A stretch of 64,000 nucleotides of DNA. It comes from Macrostomum lignano (Eukaryota). Under the pieces are notes generated by a model. That model was not told where the DNA came from and did not search any database. It worked only from the letters and a program-made list of their open reading frames with translations. Numbering within the stretch: position 1 is the stretch's first letter; each line of letters begins with the position of its first letter. The DNA lies in assembly GCA_002269645.1 (NCBI GenBank), contig NIVC01002657.1, forward strand, positions 62,001 through 126,000, in the 5' to 3' direction. Below are positions 22,149 to 33,430 of this stretch, one piece after another. The translations under genes and the position numbers were made by a program.

Positions 22149-25100
22149 GTGCCGGATTTGGCCGGAGACGACTTTATGGCCGCGAAATTCGAGAGCGACA
22201 ATATGCTCAAAGCGGCCAATACTCCCCCGGTGCGTGCAGCCCGCATGACGGCTGAATTATTATTCAAGCACATTGAAAAGATTTTGCAGTCGGATGCCAC
22301 TGTATTGTCAGGAAACTTTTCTATCCGCCTGCTAAAGGCCTGGGTGCCTCGAGGTGGCTGTGCCCTCGAGAACAAACATCTAGAGGAGCGGCATGCCTTC
22401 TCCAAGCACTATGTCCGCATCACCAACTCGGACAAGAGGTGCCTGCTGCGCGCTCTTGTTGTCGCATGCGCCTACCTACAATTCGTGGCCAAGACCATCA
22501 CCAAGCAGGTGTGGCGCACGATCAAGGCCAATTCGCCCACGCAGACTAAGCTGGTGGCTGAGCTGCAAGTCGAGGCAGGCCTCTACACGGTAAGTTGTGC
22601 ACTAATTTTCCTGATAAGAATTTCGTTTCTAGTTTCTAGTATTTTCATGGATTACTAAAATAATTTTACGATAAGGAATACTAAAAGATATATTTTCTGA
22701 CAAGAATTTTTACACAGTATCGTGGAATACTAAAAGAATTTCACATAGTATCAGGGAATACTAAAAGAAATATTTTACCCCCCATACAGACTCTTCAAAC
22801 CGTCTCGCAGGCCGGTCCTTTCGGGTTGGATGCACTGCCCGAGGCGATCTGTTCTCTGAACCGGCTCCATCCAGGCCACGATTTTGGTGTACGAGTGTAC
22901 CGGGCAGAGGAGGCCAACAGGTGCATCTTCAACCTGCCTGGCACCGAGATTCTGCACCTGCACCTGGTCGAGCAGCACTTTAATGTGGTTACCAAGCTGC
23001 CTGCGTTTTTCGGCAGCCACCACTACTGCGCCAAGTGCGAGATGGCTCACGACTGCACCAACGCCGAGCACAAGTGCGCTGATGCCTGCAGTACATGCAA
23101 GACTCCGGGCTCTAACTGCAAGGCAAACCGCGCATATGTGAGATGCCATGATTGCGGGCTAAATTGTTATAATGCTCAGTGTCTAGAGAATCACAAGCGC
23201 AAGAATAAGGCGGGTAGATCGCGCTGTGATTCAGTCCACGTTTGCGGCACGTGTGGCTATCTAGAAGAACTGAAAGTAGGCCAGGCCCCTGAGCATCAGT
23301 GTGGTTACGCAGTGTCCAGTCTGCAAGCAGTACGACGAAACGGCCACCCACGAGTGCTTTGTCACCCCGCCCAAAGCCAAAGAGTCTAGCGCCCCGTATG
23401 TTTACTATGATTTCGAGACGTACGTAGACTCTGGCAAGCAGCACCGGGTACACTTGGTTACGGCTGCCACCTCCTGCGAGGCGTGTCCCAAACTCTTCCC
23501 CAGGCCCCGCTGCAGCGCGTGCGGGGGGTTACACAGCTCAGCCAATTGCATTGCGGGACGCAATCTGGCGCTGGATTTTACGAGCTGTGTCTCGCACAAT
23601 GACTGTGCTTGTGGGATGCGAGAGTTTGTATCTGTCGGGCCGCACTCTATCGATGCCTTTTACTGCTGGCTGACTAGTGTGTTCAAGCAGGGGGCAATTG
23701 CTATTGCGCACAATGGCTCTGCGTATGACGCATTCCTCCTGCTCGGCGCCCTACTTAACGGACTGGCCAAGAAGAAGCCGCAGGTGATCTTCCAGAACAG
23801 CCGCCTAATGTACATGAAGTGCGACAAGATCACGTTCAAGGACAGCCTCAACTTTATCCCTATTGGTCTGGCGCAATTCCCAAAGGCGCTTGGTTTGGGC
23901 ACCCAACTGACCAAAGGAGATTTCCCGCACGTGTTCAATCAGCCACAAACTGGGGTTACGTAGGCCCCTACTGCTCAATTGATATGTACGGCGGGAAGAA
24001 GAATAAGCAGCACGACTCCATCGCCGACTGGCTGGCCAAGCAGGAGGGTCAAGTGTTTAATTTTAATAAGGAGTACCTGGACTATTGCCTGCAGGACACG
24101 CTAATTTTGCGGGAAGGCTGTCTAAAGTATGCCCGCCTGATTAAGGACATTTGCGGACGGGACGCATTTGTCCAATCCAACACCATTGCGGGCTTGGCCA
24201 TTGCAGTATTCACCACCAAGTTTATGGAGCCCAACACTCTTGGGGTGATTTCCCGCCGGTCAGATGTACAGTCACACAAGGCGCGGTGCTGGTTGGCACA
24301 TTTGAATGCAACCGAGTTTGGCGGCCGGTTGCGGACAGCCGACTCTGGCGGCTAGGCTTTCGCCATGGGCCGTAAGGTGTATGGCTTCGACCCAGAGACC
24401 AGGACAGTGCTCCAATTTCATGGCTGTTTTTACCATGGCTGCCCAAAGTGCTTCCCCAACGGCGACGTGCTGCACCCGCTCAAGAACCAGCCAATGCGGG
24501 CGATTTGAGGAGACTGAGCGCTTCACCCGGCTGCTCTCCACTGCCTACAATGTACGTGTCATGTGGGAGCATGACTATCAGGGCGAGGGAGCGCCAGTCC
24601 AGCAGCCTATTCGCCTGGAGGAAGCCCTGTTTGGCGGTCGCACCGAGGCTTTTGTCCCGCACGCCGAGGCCACCGAGACTGTAGAGCTGCGCTATCGGGA
24701 TGTGGTAAGTTTTTTCAAAATTTCTCATGTACACACACACACACACACAGTTGACATGCGTTTGAGTTTAGCCTACTTATCCCCTAGGTGCCGCTCTACC
24801 CGACTGTCAACAAGTTTGACAAGTACCCTGTCGGGCACCCGGTTCACCACCCCGAGCCTCATCTACTGGATGAGCAGCAGCTGGCCCGGTATTTTGGTAT
24901 CGCCGAGGTGTCAATTCTGCCGCCAACCAATCTCCACATCCCGCTACTGCCCGCCAAGATTAGCAAGAAGCTGGTTTTCGGCCCCTGCCGCGTCTGCATG
25001 GAGACACAGTGCAGCAGCGAGTGTACACACACTGACGCTGAGAGAATGCTCCGCGGCACATGGTCGACCCCAGAGCTCCACAAGGCCCTGCAGTTGGGTT

Positions 25101-26176
25101 ACAAGCTGCAGTCAGTTCATGCCCTGGCCTATTGGACCGAGACTCGCACGGGCTTGTTTGCAGATTATGTAAACACTTTTTTGAAGCTCAAAGCCGAGTC
25201 TAGCGGTTCGCCGGGGATGACTGAGGACGCCAAGGCCGCCTACATGGCCAGCTTTTTCGAGCGCAAAGGCGTCGGGCTTGACAAGGTGGAAGAAAATCCC
25301 GGCCTGCGCTTTGTGGCCAAGATTTTTCTAAACTCGTAAGTTGGGGTTTTTCTACTTGCAGTGGGGGACCGTGTTTTTCTACTTACAGTAGCCAGATATA
25401 GAAAAATTTATTTTTCCCTGCAGGCTCTGGGGCAAGTTCTGCCAGCGCGACGACTTGACCTCCACAGAGATTGTGGACAGCTACGAGGCGTGGCTGCAGC
25501 GCCTGACGGACCCGTCCATCAAGGTCAAGTCGTGCGAGCCAATTGGGGAGAGCTTCATGATGCTCGAATACAAGCCCCAATTTGGTGGTGCTGGCGAGCG
25601 GGCGTTCAAGTACGCCAATGTACCGATTGGCGTTTTCACCACCTCCCACGCCCGGCTGTGACTCTACGAGGCTCTTGAGGGTCTAGGAACCCGCGTCATT
25701 TACGCCGATACCGATTCGTAAGTAATTTTTTCACTGTCTGTCTCTCTTTCTCCCAAACACTTTTTTATCCTTCTCCTCCCAGGGTTGTGTATCGGTGCTC
25801 TCTGGGCGAGTACGAGCCTCCGGGCGGTTCGAGCTTGGGGCAGTGGACTGACGAGGTACCTGCTGGCTGCCGTATGGTACAGTTCACCACGGGAGGCCCC
25901 AAACTCTACCGGTACGTCGTGGAGAAGCCCGACGGGTCGGCGTACTCGGTGCTCAAGTGTAAGGGCATCAGAGTCACCCCCGAGATTTCCGAGCGCAAGG
26001 ATAAGCTGCAGGAAATTCTGCGCCACGGCGGGACTGTACGGCTGCCCCAGGCCCAGTTCAGGCGTGACAAGGCTAGCTGTACAATCCGGACCCTCGAGAT
26101 GGACAAGACTTTCCAGCGCGTGATGACTAAGAGGGTGTATGGGGCCGCCAGCCGACCGTATGGCTTTCGGGAGTGA
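22149..26176 (+). pseudogene. polB: Polinton/Maverick-type protein-primed DNA polymerase B (pPolB2 with VSR-like insertion), 5 exons, disrupted
   Basis: join(22149..22589,22811..24704,24788..25335,25424..25717,25783..26176); alternative acceptor at 22790; 5' start uncertain. N-terminal IEKILQS..NSDKRCLLRALVVA, Cys-rich Zn region, ExoI YYDFET, ExoII AHNGSAYD, FKDSLNF..KGDFPH, ExoIII YCLQD, VSR-like FHGCFYHGCPKC..WEHD, FGGRTE, motif A YRDV|VPLYP, motif B KIFLNS|LWGKF, motif C YADTDS|V, GGPKLY, KCKGI and RPYGF. Lesions: frameshifts near 23305, 23950 and 24505; stops at 24353-55 and 25659-61. Confidence 0.93.
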
Positions 26177-26372
26177 GTGAGAGATAAGGATCTGTCTTTT
26201 TACGCCTCCCTGCCTGGGATTCCCCTGTGTCCACTTGGGATCCCTTGACTCGTGGGGATGATAATGGTTTTACGCTCGCACTGTACTTAGGGGTCCTTAC
26301 TCATTTGACACCTTTACCCTCCTGTACATTGACCCTTTTTAACCTTCAAGTGTTAAAACTCCCATTTGACAC

Positions 26373-26606
26373 CTATTCCTTCGGGGCGGTTTGTGGCCCA
26401 GCGGTCCGCCTCTTGGAGTAGAACTCCTGCAAGACGTACATGAACTTGCTGCGCTGATTAGCGTCCTGATAGCGCAATCTAAATACGTTGTCCATTTTTC
26501 TAGCCCTCTTATGGGTACAATTAGGTTGAAAGTATTTCAAGTCAATAGCGTTGTGATAATAAAAAGTCTCTACATCATAGGGCGGCAAAACCTCCCTTTT
26601 GCTCAT
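26373..26606 (-). CDS. Small hypothetical ORF (77 aa) convergent with polB
   Basis: ATG start, protein-like composition (YDVETFYYHNAIDLKYFQPNC..), no family recognised. Confidence 0.4.
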   Translation of the reverse strand: MSKREVLPPYDVETFYYHNAIDLKYFQPNCTHKRARKMDNVFRLRYQDANQRSKFMYVLQEFYSKRRTAGPQTAPKE

Positions 26607-27090
26607 CTATTTTACATAATAACGAGACTAAAGTCCCCTGGGTTTAATTGTGTTGAAAGTATATCGGGTCATTAGGCCGTGAACCTCCCTTTTGGGATTT
26701 CCCCGAACCGCTTTTGTTTAATATTTTGCGCTATGATATTTATGCACCTGCGGGTTAGCCATGCCAATATTTACTCTTTAGTCGGTGCGCCATTATTTAT
26801 GCGTCTGTTGAAATTGCACCTGGGCGTTTGCCTGCTTTAATAATCTGATTATACATGCGCGCCTGTATTATACAACTACACCTTCTGATATTTGCATGCC
26901 TTGTAAACCCGCTTTATACATTAATCCGATATGTATCGAAAGTACACTTTGTAAACCTGCTTTATACTGTGTATTTCCACCTATGTTTTATTAGTGCTTA
27001 CGGTACCTGCTTTGTCTATTTCTGTCAATATAATATGCACCTACATTGTGTGTTTTTGCTGCTCATATGCTCCAATATGTACATTTTATT

Positions 27091-27600
27091 ATGCCGAGCG
27101 CCGATATCGATACGGGTATCGATCACCTAGTGATCGGAGCGCCAGCCAATGAGAGGCGAGGGTTGACACCCACCCCACCTCCAAAATCAACACAAACGGG
27201 GTTGCTTAGTAGTGTGAATGTTCGCCATCTGTGGCAGCACGGTTCACTGGCGGCTCGTCATTTCGTTGCCTCAACGTTACAGAGCGGCAGATTTGGACCA
27301 ACGGAAATATACGAGCAATCAGTCGCCAAGTACCGTGAGAAGTCCTGCTCTTTAGCAGCGATTCGAAAATTGTATGAACGCGCTCAGGCTTCTCCAGCCC
27401 ATGTAAAAAATGATCTACGTAACTTAAATAATTCACGTCGACTACTTGAAGTTTCTATGCCAGGAGCAGCAATTAACGGCTTTATTCAAAAGACTTACGC
27501 TGCACTACTCGGTGTAATGTTGTATTGCCATGAGCAGTTTAATCTGCTGCAAAACGTTCTGCGGAATGATCGAGAAAGACTGTCCCAAAGCGTCTGCTAA
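27091..27600 (+). CDS. Hypothetical intronless protein (about 169 aa from ATG 27091), predicted mostly helical
   Basis: MPSADIDTGIDHLVIG...LLQNVLRNDRERLSQSVC*; long ORF in an AT-rich flank, no family recognised. Confidence 0.5.
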   Translation: MPSADIDTGIDHLVIGAPANERRGLTPTPPPKSTQTGLLSSVNVRHLWQHGSLAARHFVASTLQSGRFGPTEIYEQSVAKYREKSCSLAAIRKLYERAQASPAHVKNDLRNLNNSRRLLEVSMPGAAINGFIQKTYAALLGVMLYCHEQFNLLQNVLRNDRERLSQSVC

Positions 27601-27992
27601 AGCTGGCCAGCAGGACTTCTGGGTGAGTTCCTTGCCCTTCAACTAAAATTTAAACTAAACCTTTAGATTTAATTTCTAATTTACAAAAAAGAATTATGCA
27701 CTAACTGCGACGTGCAATATAATGATGCGACACCATTTACTACATGTACATTTCATTACAGATCTTCTGCGACTCTTGCCGTCTATGGGCGCATATCCAG
27801 TGCTTAACGAACAATCCCCGAGTCGATGAGCTCGAGCACCCTGTTTGGTTCTGCGACTTTTGCACAAGGGCATCGTAAGTACTAAAATTAAATTCATTTA
27901 TTACGTCTTGTTGTTATGTTTGAGTGTAGACGAGCTCATTGAAATTAATCACTGGCAGAGTTCGAGCGTATTTCTATATGGCAAAATCCGAA

Positions 27993-28159
27993 AAAAACTA
28001 GCGCAAATTCAATTCAGACAATTCAGACTGACGACAATTTTGTCTGTGTCTAAACCTTGCTTCTGTGACAGATTGTTTTGAACGGTGGTTTGTTTGTATT
28101 GATTTTCCGTAAGGGTTGCTTCAATCTGAATTGTCTTAATTGAATTTGCGCTAGTTTTT
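27993..28159. repeat. 37-bp inverted repeat / MITE-like hairpin
   Basis: aaaaactagcgcaaattcaattcagacaattcagact (27993-28029) versus aatctgaattgtcttaattgaatttgcgctagttttt (28123-28159), about 2 mismatches. Confidence 0.8.
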
Positions 28160-29195
28160 AGAACTGGACTTTAATGAAAATTGAACGTGAAAAGGTGTAG
28201 CACGAGGGAAGGCTAGCTTTTTATGTAATTTTATGTGGTACCATAGCGTTTTTAATTTTATTTAAATAGTCTAACATTCTGTTTACTACATACGCAGCCA
28301 ACCATATGTTACCCCTGCTTCGAAGATTGTCTATGGCCAAAACTGGGTATGGGGAAAGCATGGAATTTAAGACATCGAGTAGTTAAACAAGTTAAAGCTG
28401 CATAACTATAACTAAACTGTCAGACCACGCGTGTTCAATCAGATGTTTCACGGGCCAAGCAGAAAAGCAGGAAGCGCAGTGTGCGAGCTAACCAGGGTGC
28501 ACTCTTGGCAACCATGATGATATCCACGCCTGACTCCACGATTCTCTGCAGTTCCATGGGAACGCCAATCCTGTAGATTGATTTCGTCTGGTGGACTCTC
28601 CGGCTCTATTTGCACTTCGGGCTCATCAAGATTTATCTAAATTTGACTGTCTTAACATTCAATGCTCTGCGCCTGTGCCTATGCCAATCAAATGCTATTT
28701 GATCAATCACAGATTTATTTGATGATTAAATTTTACTGTATGGATTATCTTAGGGGTGAATATGCATGAGATACGCAGTCTATCAATGCTCGACCAGCGC
28801 TCTTAGAAAAGTACTGTCAGAAATATACCTAGTTTATCGTTTTACTTTCGAGTTTCTATTTAGCATGGAGTCAATACATTAGTCCTATTACATTTTTTCA
28901 GCGAGATCAGGGAGAATATCGTCTCCATCACAACGGCAGGAAACTAACTGCAGTGAAAGACATGGCGGCCTTAGTGAGAACTACAGATTTGATTCCGGGC
29001 CGGGCCACAAAATAGCAACACCCAGTTCAATCAACATGCAGCAGCAGGCTGGGCGAACAAGCTAGACAGACCCACGATTGTCAGGTCCAAGTCTCCGTTG
29101 CCTCGCTGAAGCTGCAGTTGCTGCGGATTCACCAAGGTCACCACGTTGTTGCCAAGCTGATTGAACAGCTCGCCAATATTTGCTACCACCTATTG

Positions 29196-29680
29196 GGCTT
29201 AATAATTGAAATTAATTAAATGTCGGGATATCCCGCATCGAATCCCGCATCAATTACCGCATCGATTGGGCTTAATAAATCAAATTGAATTAATGTCGGG
29301 AAATCCCGCATCGAATCCCGCATTAATTACCGCATCGATAGGGCTTAATAAATCAAATTAAATTAATGTCGGGAAATCCCGCGTTGAATCCCGCATCAAT
29401 TACTGCATCGATTGGGCTTAATAAATCAAATTAAATTAATGTCAGGAAATCCCACATCGAATCCCGCATCAATTACCGCATCGATGGGGCTTAATAAATC
29501 AAATTAAATTAATGTCGGGAAATCCCGCATCGAATCCCGTATCAACTACTGCATCAATGGGGCTTAATAAATCAAATTAAATTAATGTCAGGAAATCCTG
29601 CATCGAATCCCGCATCAATTACCGCATCAATGGGGCTTAATAAATCAAATTAAAATAATGTCAGGAAATCCTGCATTGAA
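29196..29680. repeat. 73-bp tandem repeat, about 7 copies
   Basis: gggcttaataaatcaaattaaattaatgtcgggaaatcccgcatcgaatcccgcatcaattaccgcatcgatt repeated. Confidence 0.95.
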
Positions 29681-30810
29681 TCCGGCGCACACGGCGTACA
29701 AGGAAAAATTGGAAATGCTCTGGCGGCGCACATGGCGCATAGCGCACAAAAAATTGGAAACACTCTAGCGGCGCACATGGCACATGGCGCTGAAAAAATA
29801 TATAGTTACACTTCGTTATAGTTATACTCGTTATTATACTATCAAAGAGTACTAAAATTATGTAAATCACGATATAAAATACGTAAATTAAATTCAAATT
29901 TGTCAACCGTAAATTCAAATTTGTTTACCAGTGAATTATTAATTAACGGGTAAAAAATAAATAATTAATTGATTAATTGGAACCTTATTTGACATTGACA
30001 TTAACATTGTATTAATTGATCATTGACATCAATTCATCAAATACTGAAATACATTGTCATCAATAGGAGATGGAGTCAAACCCTGAGTCTGAGTTGGAGT
30101 CAGAGTCAGACCCTCAGTCAGTCCAGGTTCAGGCTGAGCCTGCTAATTATAGTGCTATCCAACCTGCTAATTCTACTTCTACTGGATCAACAAATACAAA
30201 AGGTAAGAGCTATGCTATCTAGAGCAGTTTCTCTTCTTAAGTTTATTCACTTATTATCCGTTGTTTGTGTGTCAGTAAAACTTATAAACTTATAAACTAA
30301 TAAAAACTTAAAGAAAATAAAAAAAGATAATTCCATTCAATAGCTAGTTGATAATGATAGGTTAGATTGGCATAGTTAACTTATAGCCAATAGGCAAGAC
30401 ATTAGACATATACTAGACCTAGCACATAAGCACATAGCATTAGCACCTAGTCTAGTCCTAGCATTAATATAGGCATTATAGTACGCTTGTAGACCCTATA
30501 ATAGGCCTAATATGATATTATATTGGTATACTCAGATTGATTGAATTGAGTGATTGCTAATTATTACTACCTATAGGCCTACTATATATATAGTAGAATC
30601 TAAATGGATATTGGATATATATATATATAGATTCTTATATATACTAATACCTTTAGGTATACACGCAGGCCTACTATACCTATAAGCCTACTATATATAA
30701 TACAATATATATAAAGTAGATCCAATATATATTGGATTAAATTAATTAAATTAAATTAAAATAAAATAAATGAAATAAGTGAAATAAGTTTGTTTTTTTT
30801 TATTTATTAA

Positions 30811-31600
30811 TCTCTACATATAAAAATCAAAACTCTGTCTGTCGGTCTGTCTGTCTGTGTGTGGACAATTTTGATCGCTATGGACTCCCAAACCGCTCAA
30901 CAAAATGACACCAAACTTTACACCCACCCTAAACTTACTACGGAGAATGTCTTAGGCTACCTTTTAATTTCCTAGACTCAAGTCTTCCTACCTAAAAGTA
31001 CAAAAAACTGCTCAAAATACGCGATTTTTTCACTAAATCCTCCATAGCGCCGCTCCACTTCTACCGATTCTCTTCAAATTTGACACAGGTAATTTTCAAC
31101 TATTTTGGCACAATCGTGTAAAGTTTCGAATCTCAAAGTTAATCCTGAACGGCGCTGTGCACTTTTAAAGTTAGGCTGTTTTTTTCAGCGTAGCAACCAC
31201 CCCAACCTCCGCCCGCCTGCCTCTTTCCCGATACCGATCTGGGCCCAGATGTGTAAAAGGGGTTTCAAAATTGACTAACTTTCAGCTGCCATAAGTTTGT
31301 TCCACGTAAAGCGATTGACTTTAAACTTGACACAATTCTTCACTGACTCATTCTCTGTCTAAATGTAAAGTTTCAACTCTGTATCTCAATCAGGACGGAA
31401 ACTGTAAGCATGTGAAGTTTGTCTGCTTTTTCTGTTGTTTGCCGCTCATCCAACTCATTCCCCCAGACGAAGGATCAGGCGATAGGGCTCAATGTACACA
31501 GCGAATGTAGTGTTGTGAAATAACTTTTTAATAGCCTTCTCTGTACCCCCGCGAGTGGAGAGGCGTGGAGAGGAGAGAGTTTAGCGAGAGATTCAATTTC
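30811..31600 (+). mobile_element. Helitron/DINE-1-like non-autonomous element (5' part) in transposase intron 1
   Basis: A|TCtctacatataaaaatcaaaa start followed by (TGTC)n and the typical ...ccaaaccgctcaa...caccaaacttt.. wording. The 3' hairpin/CTAG end was not found, so the end coordinate is approximate. Confidence 0.45.
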
Positions 31601-31999
31601 AAACCATCAAACCACTGTCCTCTGAATAGACAAGTCGCAGCATGCAGTTAAACAAGGATGGCAAATCAAGGCGATACGGGATGGTTTATAAAAATATCTA
31701 AAAATTAATGAATAACTGATTACAATGCAATCCTACTAAATTGGTTACACCATGAAAATTTTAACATTAAGATTCGCATAAGGTACTTTAAAATTTAAAT
31801 GGCCTCCTAAGAAATGCGTATTTCCATGGTTGTTAGACTGCTGCAGACTGTGGTGGTGGAGCTGGAGATATACAAATTTCTCTCAGGGCTGCTAATTGGC
31901 CAGAAAGATGAAGTGATTAAAGCGTGAGAAATGATAACAACCATGATAGTACTACGTCCCACAAACTGGCTTTCCAAGCAGGGATGGGCAGATTTTTAT

Positions 32000-33430
<1,431 letters not shown>

